Of a stretch of DNA of 64,000 nucleotides, positions 18,474-27,896 are shown one piece after another. Source of the DNA: Zoogloeaceae bacterium (GTDB lineage Bacteria; Pseudomonadota; Gammaproteobacteria; Burkholderiales; Rhodocyclaceae); contig JAEUNX010000082.1 of assembly GCA_016791025.1 (NCBI GenBank), forward strand, positions 33,487-97,486, written 5' to 3'. Position numbers and translations under genes: made by a program. Within the stretch, counting starts at the first letter, position 1. Every line of letters begins with the position of its first letter. The notes under the pieces are model-generated. The model saw nothing but the letters and a program-made list of their open reading frames with translations, was not told the origin of the DNA and made no database searches.

Positions 18474-18514
18474 AAAAAAAGCCGGGAAGCCTTGTATTTC
18501 TTGGCTTTCCCGGC
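18474..18514 (-). terminator. Rho-independent terminator downstream of ssrA
   Basis: Minus strand reads GCCGGGAAAGCC-loop-GGCTTCCCGGC followed by TTTTTTT. Confidence 0.65.
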
Positions 18515-18542
18515 CTTGACCGGAACATCCCGGAACTGTTGT

Positions 18543-18907
18543 TGGTGGAGCCGGGGGGAATCGAACCCCCGTCCGCAAGCCCTCCACAGGAAGCTCTACA
18601 TACTTAGCCTGGCAATTTGGATTTAACCGTCGGTTTAGCCACCAGGCAGGCCGACCGCCAGCGAGTCACCTTGGATTTAGTTTGGCGTCAAGTAACCCGA
18701 CGCCTCACGATTCCCTGTGAATGACACTGCAATCGAGTTGCCCCGAGTCCGGCCCAGAGACATGCCGGTGCAGCGGCTTAGGCCTTAAGCGGCCAGAGCG
18801 AAACGCTCGTCGTTGGCGTTTGTTAGTTTCCAGTGGATTTACGAGGGGACTGGTCCTCGGTATGCACTTCACCGCTTTGCGACCCACGTCGAAGCCAGGT
18901 CGGCCCC
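18543..18907 (-). ncRNA. ssrA: tmRNA (SsrA)
   Basis: Reverse complement starts GGGGCCGACCTGGCTTCGACGTGGG and ends GGACGGGGGTTCGATTCCCCCCGGCTCCACCA. The tag reading frame GCC AAC GAC GAG CGT TTC GCT CTG GCC GCT TAA = ANDERFALAA lies at 18785..18817. Confidence 0.95.
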
Positions 18908-19045
18908 TCGACCGGTTGCGAAATCCGATCGTTTGGAGCTTTGGATCTTACCATGCAACCAGCACGAACTTCCCGCGCCGTCGCATCATTGGATCCTGCG
19001 GAAGTGGATCGGCACCAAGCGAGTTGGTTCCCGCCAGTGCCGCGA

Positions 19046-19834
19046 TCATCGTGCCGGCCACGCGGCGAGGAACTCCCGCCAGTGGGGCGCCCCAATACGG
19101 GAGAGGCTCTCCCGCACCACGTCGCATTCGGCGCCAAACGCCACCTCATCCAACTGTCCACGCATCTGCTGGAAGCGCAGGAAGACGAGGTAGGTATTGA
19201 CCACGTCGGTTTCGCAGTAGTCGCGGATCTCGCCGATCCTGCCGGCCTGGTAGGCGCTCCACACGGCCGAGCCATCCATGCCCAGCTTGCCGGGAAAACC
19301 CATGAGCTTCGCCAGGTCGTCCAGGGGCGCGTTGGCCCGAGGCTGGTAAAGAGCTAGCAGATCCATGAGATCGAGATGGCGAAGGTGATAGCGGCTGATG
19401 TAGTTGTTCCACTTGAAATCCCGCGAATCGGCGTAGTCGCCGTCGCCAAGGTCCCAATACCGGGGGGCGGTGACGCCATGCATCATCCCGCGGTAATGGA
19501 GGACCGGCAGGTCGAAGCCGCCGCCATTCCATGTGACGAGTTGGGGGGCGAATTTCTCGATTCCGTCGAAGAACCGCTGGATGATCTCGCCCTCCCCGGA
19601 TTCGGGTTCGGAAAGCGAAAACACGCGAAATTGCCCCGGGTCCCGCAACACGCAGGAAATGGTCACCACCCGTTGTAAATAGTGGGGAAGAAAATCGTTG
19701 CCCGTGGCGGCCCGCCGGCGTTGGAAGCCTAGCTCTGCCACTTCGTAGTCGGAGAGATCGGCGGGCAATCCGTGGAGTTTGCGCAGCCCCGCCACGTCAG
19801 GCACGGTCTCGATGTCGAATACGAGGGTAGCCAT
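19046..19834 (-). CDS. Predicted 3'-5' exonuclease related to the PolB exonuclease domain
   Basis: 262 aa. LVFDIETVPD (ExoI-like) and TWNGGGFDLPVLHYR (ExoII-like) motifs. Confidence 0.65.
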   Translation of the reverse strand: MATLVFDIETVPDVAGLRKLHGLPADLSDYEVAELGFQRRRAATGNDFLPHYLQRVVTISCVLRDPGQFRVFSLSEPESGEGEIIQRFFDGIEKFAPQLVTWNGGGFDLPVLHYRGMMHGVTAPRYWDLGDGDYADSRDFKWNNYISRYHLRHLDLMDLLALYQPRANAPLDDLAKLMGFPGKLGMDGSAVWSAYQAGRIGEIRDYCETDVVNTYLVFLRFQQMRGQLDEVAFGAECDVVRESLSRIGAPHWREFLAAWPAR

Positions 19835-19842
19835 TGGCGCGA

Positions 19843-20742
19843 TCAGGCGGGAAACACCCCGGTGGAGAGGTAACGATCGCCCCGATCGCAGACTACGGTC
19901 ACAATTACCGCGTCGCGGACCTGGGCAGCAATGCGCACCGCAACGTGCAGTGCTCCGCCGGATGAGATGCCGGCAAAGATGCCCTCCTCCCGGGCCATCC
20001 GACGGGTCATCTCTTCGGCGTCGGCCTGGCTCACGGATTCGATCCGGTCCACGCGGCTACGGTCATAGATGCGCGGCAAATAGGCTTCTGGCCACTTGCG
20101 AATACCAGGAATCTGGGAGCCTTCCTCGGGCTGGCAGCCGATGATCTCGATGTCGGACCGGACCGATTTGAGGAAGCGCGAGACACCCATGATGGTCCCG
20201 GTGGTCCCCATGCTGGAGACGAAGTGGGTAATCCGCCCGCCGGTCTGCTCCCAGATCTCCGGCCCAGTGCCCTCAATGTGAGCCCGGGGGTTATCGGGAT
20301 TGGCAAACTGGTCGAGGATGCGCCCCTGCCCCTCGTCGCGCATTTTTTCGGCCACGTCGCGGGCCATCTCCATACCGCCGGCCTTCGGCGTCAGGACCAA
20401 TTCCGCGCCAAAAGCCCGCATGGTCTGGCGGCGCTCCACGCTCTGGTTCTCAGGCATCACCAGAATCATGCGATAGCCTCGCATGGCAGCCGCCATGGCC
20501 AGCGCGATGCCGGTGTTACCGCTGGTCGCCTCGATCAGGGTGTCGCCGGGCCGGATATCGCCCTTGGCCTCGGCATGAACAATCATGGAAAGCGCCGGGC
20601 GATCCTTGACAGAGCCAGCGGGGTTGTTGCCCTCAAGCTTGGCAAGAATGACGTTATTCTCGCCGGCATTGATGCGCTTGAGGCGAACCAGCGGGGTCTT
20701 CCCCACGTAGTCCTCGAGGGTCGGAAATTCCATTACATTCAC
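19843..20742 (-). CDS. cysM: Cysteine synthase B
   Basis: KTPLVRL...LEGNNPAGSVKDRPALSMI PLP-lysine motif; 299 aa. Confidence 0.85.
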   Translation of the reverse strand: MNVMEFPTLEDYVGKTPLVRLKRINAGENNVILAKLEGNNPAGSVKDRPALSMIVHAEAKGDIRPGDTLIEATSGNTGIALAMAAAMRGYRMILVMPENQSVERRQTMRAFGAELVLTPKAGGMEMARDVAEKMRDEGQGRILDQFANPDNPRAHIEGTGPEIWEQTGGRITHFVSSMGTTGTIMGVSRFLKSVRSDIEIIGCQPEEGSQIPGIRKWPEAYLPRIYDRSRVDRIESVSQADAEEMTRRMAREEGIFAGISSGGALHVAVRIAAQVRDAVIVTVVCDRGDRYLSTGVFPA

Positions 20743-20858
20743 CTGCGCTACTGCAATGGCAGGATCTTACCGGACGGGCCAGCGCCTGGGGGCGGTCCCA
20801 TTCCGCCCCACGGCCCCCTGCGGTATAGTCCGCCCGCCCAAATTCCGCCGCCCGTGCC

Positions 20859-21755
20859 ATGTCGAGCCCGCTGCGCTTCATCCAACTTTCCATCGCTGCC
20901 GCTATTGCCACCATCGTCCTGAAGATGGGCGCCTGGTGGGTCACCGGTTCGGTGGGTCTGCTCTCTGACGCCCTGGAGTCGTTTGTGAATCTCGCCGGGG
21001 CAAGTTTCGCTCTGTGGATGATCGCGATCGCGCGAACCCCGGCGGACGCCGATCACCCCTTCGGCCATGGCAAGGCCGAGTACTTTTCGTCCGGCTTCGA
21101 GGGCATCCTAATTTTTGGCGCGGCCCTCGCCATCCTGGCCACGGCGGTCGAGCGGTTCTTGAACCCCCAACCTCTGGCCCAGGTAGATATTGGCCTGGTA
21201 TTTTCGGCGATCTCAACGGCGATCAATTTTCTCGTTGCCCGCACCCTCTTCCGCGCCGCCAAGGAACATCAATCCGTCGCCCTGGACGGCGACGCCCGCC
21301 ATTTGATGACCGATGTATGGACTTCTGTAGGAGTGATCGGTGCCGTCGCGATCGTGGCGATCACCGGCTGGTTATGGCTGGACCCCCTGATCGCCGCCGG
21401 GGTGGGCCTCAACATTCTGCGGGAGGGCACCCGCCTGGTCCGTGGGTCCGCCCAGGGCCTGATGGACCAATCGTTACCGCCGGAAGATCTCGACCGTGCC
21501 CGGACAGCCCTGGACAGTTTCGCCGCAAATGGAATCCGGTATGCCAACATAAAAACCCGCCTGGCTGGCCACCAGCGTTTCCTTTCGGTGGACATCCGTG
21601 TTCCTGGGGAATGGTCGGTGAGGATGGGCCACACCTGGTTGGATCGGATCGAGACCGCGCTGGGTCAAGCCCTGCCCGGGCTCCACGTGGTCACCCACCT
21701 GGAGCCCGACGACGCCCCCGGAGCGAGAAGGCCTCAGCCCCCGACCCAGGCCTGA
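20859..21755 (+). CDS. Cation diffusion facilitator family transporter
   Basis: Six N-terminal TM segments, LLSDALESFVN and HLMTDVW motifs, and a C-terminal cytoplasmic domain. Confidence 0.8.
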   Translation: MSSPLRFIQLSIAAAIATIVLKMGAWWVTGSVGLLSDALESFVNLAGASFALWMIAIARTPADADHPFGHGKAEYFSSGFEGILIFGAALAILATAVERFLNPQPLAQVDIGLVFSAISTAINFLVARTLFRAAKEHQSVALDGDARHLMTDVWTSVGVIGAVAIVAITGWLWLDPLIAAGVGLNILREGTRLVRGSAQGLMDQSLPPEDLDRARTALDSFAANGIRYANIKTRLAGHQRFLSVDIRVPGEWSVRMGHTWLDRIETALGQALPGLHVVTHLEPDDAPGARRPQPPTQA

Positions 21756-23521
21756 CGCAGCGCCCGGACGTCTTCGCTGGGCCTTTTGGCGAGCCCAAGT
21801 GTGATGCGGTTCGAGGGCGCGGGCGCCAACTCCACGGTGAAGCGCATTAGTTCATCGCGCCGAAAGGCATGGATGGTGACCCGCTCACCCACCCGGCGCC
21901 GTTCCAGGCTCCCGGCCAGACTGGTCCCGCTCACTTTCAGGCCATCCAGCGCCACCAACACGTCGCCAGCCGACAGGCCCGCCTCCTGAGCCGGACCGCC
22001 ATCGAACACCTGAATCAGTTTGGCGTCGCCCTGGGCTGCGACCTTGGCACCGAGCCAGGGCCCAACACTCTCCGGCTCGGCGAGATAGCTCACGCCGATT
22101 CGGCTAAGCCAGCGGCCCAGGGGAAAATCCTCCGTTCCGCTGACCGCCCGTTCGAGCCAGTGGGCGATCTTCGCTCCGCCTAAACGCTCTACGAGTTGGA
22201 AGACCTCGCCCTCCGCCACACCGCGCCCGGTTTCCCCGAACTCCCGCCACAGCAACCGCATCAGGTCATCCAGGCTCACCACCCCGGCACTCCCTAGGCG
22301 CAGTTGGAGATCAAGCGCCAGGGCGATCAGGGCCCCCTTGGTGTAGTAGCTCACGATGGCATTGGGAGCGTTTTCGTCCTGTCGGTAGTACTTGATCCAA
22401 GCGTCGAAGGACGACTCGGCCACGCTCTGCTTGAGGCGGCCACTGCCCTTCATCACTGCGCCGATATTCTTCGCCACCAGATCGAGGTAATCCTGGACAC
22501 CGATCACCCCTGAGCGAACCAGGGCTAGATCGTCGTAGTAAGAGGTGAAGCCCTCGAATACCCACAGCAACCGGGTGTAGGCCTCCCGGGCAAGGTCATA
22601 GGGCTGGAAGGCTTGGGGCTGAATGCGTTTGACGTTCCAGGTGTGGAAATACTCGTGGCTGCATAGGCCAAGGAAGCCCCGGTAGGCCTCGGGAACACCC
22701 TTCATACCCCGGAAGGGAAGATCGTTGCGGCTGGCGATCAGGGCCGTCGACGAACGATGCTCCAGGCCACCATAGCCGTCACCGACGAGCAGGGTGAGAA
22801 AGAGGTAGCGCTCCATGGGCACGGTGCCGCCGAAAAAGCCGATCTGCCACTCGCAGATGCGCGCCAGATCGGCGGTGAGCCGAGGCAAGTCGCAATCGTG
22901 CTGCCCAGTCAGAACAACCTCGTGACGCACCCCGGCCACTTCGAAATGCCCAACCTGATGGTGCCCCATCTCCACCGGATGATCGATCAGTTCATCATAG
23001 TTGGCGGCCCGATAGAGGCCGAAGCCATGGAGACGTGCGGCACCCGAGAGCCCCCGGGCGGTGGGCAGGGTGGTAGCCACCTTCCAGCCCTGGCAGGACT
23101 CATCCACCGGCGGCTCCAGATAAACCAGACAAACCCGGTCTTCCCGGCCCTGGGGGCACACAAAAACGCTGCTGCCATTGAAGAACCCATGGGTCTGATC
23201 AAGGTGCGCCGCCCGCACCGACAGATCCCAGGCATACACCTCGTAATCGATGAGGAGGCCAACCCTGGGAGTGACCGGAGCCGCCCGCCAGCTGCACTTA
23301 TCGACCTTTTCCAGGATCACGGGCTCACCATCGCATTCGGCGCGAATGCTCACGATGTTCCGGGCGAACTCCCGGATCATGTAGCTGCCGGGAATCCAGG
23401 TTGGCAAAGTGAAAACCTGCCCTTCCGGATCCGGGTCTGCCACTTCGACCATCACGCGAAATAAATGAGCCGCGGGATTGGACGGCAGGATGCGGTAACG
23501 GACGGGCGCACTCATGGGCAA
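21734..23521 (-). CDS. M61 family (glycyl aminopeptidase-like) metallopeptidase with C-terminal PDZ domain
   Basis: LCSHEYFHTWNVKR (HExxH) and a PDZ-like GLSAGDVLVALDG. Confidence 0.8.
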   Translation of the reverse strand: MPMSAPVRYRILPSNPAAHLFRVMVEVADPDPEGQVFTLPTWIPGSYMIREFARNIVSIRAECDGEPVILEKVDKCSWRAAPVTPRVGLLIDYEVYAWDLSVRAAHLDQTHGFFNGSSVFVCPQGREDRVCLVYLEPPVDESCQGWKVATTLPTARGLSGAARLHGFGLYRAANYDELIDHPVEMGHHQVGHFEVAGVRHEVVLTGQHDCDLPRLTADLARICEWQIGFFGGTVPMERYLFLTLLVGDGYGGLEHRSSTALIASRNDLPFRGMKGVPEAYRGFLGLCSHEYFHTWNVKRIQPQAFQPYDLAREAYTRLLWVFEGFTSYYDDLALVRSGVIGVQDYLDLVAKNIGAVMKGSGRLKQSVAESSFDAWIKYYRQDENAPNAIVSYYTKGALIALALDLQLRLGSAGVVSLDDLMRLLWREFGETGRGVAEGEVFQLVERLGGAKIAHWLERAVSGTEDFPLGRWLSRIGVSYLAEPESVGPWLGAKVAAQGDAKLIQVFDGGPAQEAGLSAGDVLVALDGLKVSGTSLAGSLERRRVGERVTIHAFRRDELMRFTVELAPAPSNRITLGLAKRPSEDVRALRQAWVGG

Positions 23522-24032
23522 TGGGTGAACTCAGGTGAAGCCGTGATTCTAGCCCCAGTTTCCCCCTGTGCTTCATTTTGCGGCACGCAGTGAATCCTGA
23601 GTCGCATCAGCGAGATGAACCATCGCCACACAGGCTGTCCACAGAACTGCCCCCGCCCGGCGGGGATAAAGCGCCGAGGTTCCCCCCCTCGCCGTCTCTC
23701 TGTGACGAAATTCCCATTTTCATCGTTGCCCAGCATTTGGGCAGAGGGTGTAAACCCTTGCCAATGATGGCGGTCAGTCTCGTCATCACGACTTATCCAC
23801 AAATTTAGCCACCAAAACTGGGGACAACTCCGCCCCGGGACGCTGCGGTGCGCAATAGCCAAGTTTGGACTAACCATCTGTTCTTAAACGGAACAACGAC
23901 CATCCATACCTTGCATTGCAAAAATCCGCCATCCCAAAAGGTCCTCGTCACCCTTGCCCCAACCTAAATTACCCACAAGTCGACCCACAATCCCCACTGC
24001 GCCCCCGTTGTCAACGGCGGGAAGACGGAGAC

Positions 24033-25322
24033 TCAGCCCGGCCCCGAGCGCGGTGGCGCGAAATCGATCGCACTAGGCCGGTCCGCCAGGTGCAGGGTGG
24101 TGGATGCGGGCGGCGTGGTGGCAACAATCTGGCCATTTCGCACCACCGCCAGCCGGGTCGCCCGCCGGCGCAGGGCATCCACCGGATCCTGGGCCTGGAG
24201 CAAGACAAAATCGGCCCGGCACCCCGGGGTGAGTCCGTAATCCGGCAGGCCCAGCACCTGGGCCGCCGTGGTGGTCACAGCGGCAAAACAGGCCCGCATT
24301 CCGTCCTGACTGGTCATCTGAGCCACATGGAGCCCCATGGCCGCCACCTCCAGCATGTCGGCCGACCCCAGGCTATACCAAGGATCCATCACGCAATCGT
24401 GGCCGAAGGCCACCGGTACGCCCGCCGCGAGCAACTCGGGGACACGGGTCATGCCCCGCCGCTTGGGGTAGGTATCATGGCGGCCCTGGAGGGTGATGTT
24501 GATGAGGGGATTGGCAATGGCGGAAAGACCCGCTTCGGCCATGAGCGGAAGCAGTTTTGACACGTAGTAGTTGTCCATGGAATGCATGGACGTGAGGTGG
24601 GACCCCGTCACTCGGCCCTGAAGCCCCAGCCGCTGCGTCTCGCAGGCCAATACCTCCACATGGCGGGAATGGGGGTCGTCGGATTCGTCGCAGTGCATAT
24701 CTACCGGCAAGCCCCGCTCGGCCGCCAACTCGCACAACTTACGCACCGATTCGGCCCCCTCAGCCGTGGTGCGCTCGAAGTGCGGAATGCCGCCCACCAC
24801 GTCGACCCCCATATCCAGCGCCCGGACGAGGTTGTCGTAGGCGCCAGGGCTGCGCAGCAGGCCATCTTGGGGAAATGCCACCAACTGCAGATCGAGATAG
24901 GGACGGACCCGGTCCCGGACGTGCAAAAGAGCCTCCACGGCCAGGAGACGAGGATCGCAGACATCCACATGGCTGCGAATGGCCAACAGCCCCCGGGCCA
25001 CCGCCCAATCGCAGTAGGCCATTGCCCGGTCCACCAAGGCCTCCTGGGTCAGATGTGGCTTGAGCTCGCCCCAAAGGGCAATCCCTTCCAGGAGGGTACC
25101 GCTGCGATTGACCCGGGGTAATCCGTAGGACAAGGTCGCATCCAAATGGAAGTGGGCATCGACGAAGGGCGGCGTCACCAATTGGCCGGCGGCATCGAGC
25201 TCCCGCCCCCCCGGTGCGGTCACTTTGGCATCCACCACGCGGATACGACCGTCGGCAACACCGATGTCGATACCTTTGCGCCCGTCGGGCAGGGTGGCAT
25301 TACGCACAACCATGTCAAGCAT
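24033..25322 (-). CDS. codA: Cytosine deaminase
   Basis: PPFVDAHFHLD metal motif and amidohydrolase fold. Start taken at [11 protein letters not shown] (25322); an alternative Met lies 9 nt downstream. Confidence 0.8.
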   Translation of the reverse strand: MLDMVVRNATLPDGRKGIDIGVADGRIRVVDAKVTAPGGRELDAAGQLVTPPFVDAHFHLDATLSYGLPRVNRSGTLLEGIALWGELKPHLTQEALVDRAMAYCDWAVARGLLAIRSHVDVCDPRLLAVEALLHVRDRVRPYLDLQLVAFPQDGLLRSPGAYDNLVRALDMGVDVVGGIPHFERTTAEGAESVRKLCELAAERGLPVDMHCDESDDPHSRHVEVLACETQRLGLQGRVTGSHLTSMHSMDNYYVSKLLPLMAEAGLSAIANPLINITLQGRHDTYPKRRGMTRVPELLAAGVPVAFGHDCVMDPWYSLGSADMLEVAAMGLHVAQMTSQDGMRACFAAVTTTAAQVLGLPDYGLTPGCRADFVLLQAQDPVDALRRRATRLAVVRNGQIVATTPPASTTLHLADRPSAIDFAPPRSGPG

Positions 25323-25998
25323 CTTGCCCCTCCCTCGCGATCTCGGTGCGGCCTCCCTCGTCGTCAAGACCGCAGCCGCGCAACACCAGATTCAAGACGT
25401 GGGCCGTGGCGCGGCGATGATCAAGGGTGCCCAGCGCCCGGCGGCCCAACACAGCGCAGACCTGGACCTCGAAATCAGCATAGGTCTGAGTCAATGCCCA
25501 CAGGCTGATGAAGAGATGGACCGGGTCCACCGGCGCAATCCGGCCGGCCTGCACCCAACCTTGGACGATCTCGGCCTTGTCCTCCACCTGCTCTCGCAAG
25601 GTTTCCCGCAGGAAGTTACCGATCTCCGGGGCGCCGTGGAGCAGCTCGTTGGCGAAGACGCGGGACGCCTCGGGCCGCTGTGCCGACAGTCTCATCTTCG
25701 CCTGAATGTAATGGCTCAGGGCGTCCCGGGGATCGGCCTCGGCAGTGATACGGTCGGTTTCCGCCAGCCAGAGGCGAAGAATGTTGGCCAGCACCGCCCG
25801 GTAGACGTCGGCCTTGGTGCCGAAATAGTAATGGACATTGGATTTCGACAGCCCTGCTTCCCGGGCAATTTCAGCCATGGTGGCCCCCTGGAACCCCCCG
25901 CGGGCGAAGACCCGCTCAGCGGCCTGCAGGATGGCAGATTCCTGCTGCTGGCGGATCCGGCCACCACCGGCCTCCCGCATCCGCACCACGGCCTTCAC
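25315..25998 (-). CDS. TetR-family regulator, RutR-like
   Basis: [33 protein letters not shown]. The ligand-domain blocks [25 protein letters not shown] resemble E. coli RutR as I recall it. GTGA overlap with the upp stop. Confidence 0.7.
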   Translation of the reverse strand: MKAVVRMREAGGGRIRQQQESAILQAAERVFARGGFQGATMAEIAREAGLSKSNVHYYFGTKADVYRAVLANILRLWLAETDRITAEADPRDALSHYIQAKMRLSAQRPEASRVFANELLHGAPEIGNFLRETLREQVEDKAEIVQGWVQAGRIAPVDPVHLFISLWALTQTYADFEVQVCAVLGRRALGTLDHRRATAHVLNLVLRGCGLDDEGGRTEIAREGQDA

Positions 25999-26627
25999 TT
26001 GGTGCCGAAGATCCGATCGCCAGCGTCCCCCAAGCCGGGGACGATGTAGCCGTGGTCGTTGAGATGATCATCCACCGCGGCCGTGGTGATGGGCACGTCC
26101 GGGTGGGCAGCGCCCAGGGCGGCCAGCCCCTCCGGAGCGGCCAGAAGACAGACGAACTTGAGGCTCGAAACTCCGGCTTCCTTGAGCCGTGAAAGCGCCG
26201 CAGACGCCGAGTTTCCCGTCGCAAGCATCGGATCTACCACAATGACCAGACGGTCTTCGACGTCGTCCGGGAGTTTGAAGTAATACTCCACCGCCTCGAG
26301 ACTTTCCGGATCCCGATAGAGCCCGATGTGCCCCACCCGCGCACCGGGCAGGAGGTCGATCATCCCATCGAGCATCCCGTTGCCGGCGCGAAGGATGGAT
26401 ACGAGACACAACTTCTTGCCGCTGATCACTGGCGCCTCGCACTCGGCCACCGGCGTGGTGACCCGGATCTTTTCAGTCGGCAGGTCGCGAGTCACTTCGT
26501 AGGCAAGCATGGAAGCGATCTCGCGCACCAGACGGCGGAAGTTATCAGTGGTCGTGGCCGCGTCGCGGGCCATGGTGAGCTTGTGCTGCAGCAGCGGGTG
26601 ATCAACAACGGTCACGCAATGGGCCAT
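25995..26627 (-). CDS. upp: Uracil phosphoribosyltransferase
   Basis: [17 protein letters not shown]-terminus, PRPP motif [12 protein letters not shown]. Start moved to ATG 26627, which has a GAGGAAG RBS. Confidence 0.9.
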   Translation of the reverse strand: MAHCVTVVDHPLLQHKLTMARDAATTTDNFRRLVREIASMLAYEVTRDLPTEKIRVTTPVAECEAPVISGKKLCLVSILRAGNGMLDGMIDLLPGARVGHIGLYRDPESLEAVEYYFKLPDDVEDRLVIVVDPMLATGNSASAALSRLKEAGVSSLKFVCLLAAPEGLAALGAAHPDVPITTAAVDDHLNDHGYIVPGLGDAGDRIFGTK

Positions 26628-26651
26628 GGCTTCACTTCCTCGAAACAAGAT

Positions 26652-27896
26652 TCAGAAGACGGTTCCATCACTGCGGATGCGAAGCGGCGGCTCTCCGCCG
26701 GGCCGTCGTTGGGCGGCAATCCGGCGGCCGGCGGCCCAGGTGCCTCCTTCGAGGACCCTCGCCAGGGGAAACGCCTCGGCCGACACGCCCAGTTCCTCGC
26801 GCACCGCTCCCGCCAGCAGGTCCAGCCCCATCACGGTCAGGGCCCGCCACTCCACCACCGGAGCGGCATCGACGGTCCAATCCTGGGCCCAGAACCCCGG
26901 GTCCTTCGGTTCGATGACGCCGAAGTCGAGCAGGAGGCCGCCATTGCGGTACTCCGGCAGTCCGGTCAGGCAATCCAGACCGGTCACCTTCAAACCGGCC
27001 CATTCGAGGGGTTCGAGCAGGGAATAGGTGAGCCATTGGGTCAGCTTGTGGAAGGGCACCAGCCCGTCGCTCGGGGCAGGGTGGGACCAACAATCTCCCA
27101 GGGATACCCCGTCGAGTTCGATCCTCCCGGGCCACACCGGGCCCAACACCCGCAGCAGGGTCACAAGCACGAACTCAGCTTCGAGGGTCCCTCCGTCGGC
27201 GTGGGTCAGCAGGTAATCAAGCAGATGACCCGCCCGGGCCGGTGTGCCAAACACCTCCGCGTGGGCACCCATGACGGTACCCAACCGCCGCAGCAACTCG
27301 GTGCGCCCCTCCACGCCCACCATCGGATTGGCGGGCCCGACCTGGAAGAGCAGGGCCACGTGTTCGGGAATCAAGCGGTCGAGGGCCTGGGCGTCACAGC
27401 GGTGATGACGCCGGGGATCCCCCGACAGCGCCCCGCTGGCAAAAAGGGCAAGACTGGCCACCGCCAGACCTTCAGAACGGGTCAGAACCTGATGGCGGCC
27501 CGGCTCCTTGTAATGCCAATGGGGGCCCGCCCCGGCATCGAGCAGGACGCTCGGTATGACAAGATCGATGGCCACGCGGGACCGCTCCAGGGGATCGGCG
27601 GTCAAGCCCGCGTCGATCACCAGCTTGCCCCAACGATCTACGCCGCCCGCCTCGAAATGGCGCCAACGGCTGTGGTAGGGGACTGCCAGGGTCGGGTAGT
27701 TCTGCCGAATGGTCTGGGCCACGTAGTCGGCGGCTGCCGGAATTCGGTCAGGACGCCAGCGGAAGAAGGGCGACATGCCGCGCTCGACGTGATCGAGCAC
27801 CGCTCCGCAACGAGCGCGGATCGCGCCGGCCGTGAGGAGGGCCGCCGCGGGGTGATGGTCAGGGACACCTCCCAACCATTCCGGACCGGGTTTCAT
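26652..27896 (-). CDS. DUF1688 / URC4-like protein
   Basis: Start moved to ATG 27896 (MKPGPEW), an ATGA overlap with the upstream stop. About 414 aa. Family assignment is from recalled similarity (..YHSRWRHFEAGGVDRW.., ..GLPEYRNGGLLLD..). Confidence 0.65.
   Translation of the reverse strand: MKPGPEWLGGVPDHHPAAALLTAGAIRARCGAVLDHVERGMSPFFRWRPDRIPAAADYVAQTIRQNYPTLAVPYHSRWRHFEAGGVDRWGKLVIDAGLTADPLERSRVAIDLVIPSVLLDAGAGPHWHYKEPGRHQVLTRSEGLAVASLALFASGALSGDPRRHHRCDAQALDRLIPEHVALLFQVGPANPMVGVEGRTELLRRLGTVMGAHAEVFGTPARAGHLLDYLLTHADGGTLEAEFVLVTLLRVLGPVWPGRIELDGVSLGDCWSHPAPSDGLVPFHKLTQWLTYSLLEPLEWAGLKVTGLDCLTGLPEYRNGGLLLDFGVIEPKDPGFWAQDWTVDAAPVVEWRALTVMGLDLLAGAVREELGVSAEAFPLARVLEGGTWAAGRRIAAQRRPGGEPPLRIRSDGTVF

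Larger units (their letters stand above)
15700..18542 (-). mobile_element. Decayed ssrA-associated integrative islet (CP4-57/P4-like remnant)
   Basis: Visibly lower GC than the flanks. Directly downstream of the tmRNA 3' end lie a P4-type integrase (disrupted), small orphan ORFs and alpA, all co-oriented. The left boundary is approximate because no att repeat was found. Confidence 0.6.

Noticed and set aside
18908-19045. Sigma70 promoter for ssrA
   Set aside because: TTGCAT and TAAGAT hexamers occur, but with incompatible spacing relative to each other and to the mature 5' end. The tmRNA is processed, so the TSS cannot be placed from sequence alone.
21734-21755. 22-bp 3'-end overlap of the convergent CDF transporter and M61 peptidase genes as a regulatory feature
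   Set aside because: It is probably just a slightly extended, non-conserved C-terminal tail on one of the two ORFs. Nothing further supports a function.
23522-24032. Possible chromosomal replication origin
   Set aside because: There is only one perfect DnaA box plus weak matches. I saw no AT-rich 13-mer-like unwinding element and no dnaA/dnaN/gidA context. It is kept only as a low-interest finding.
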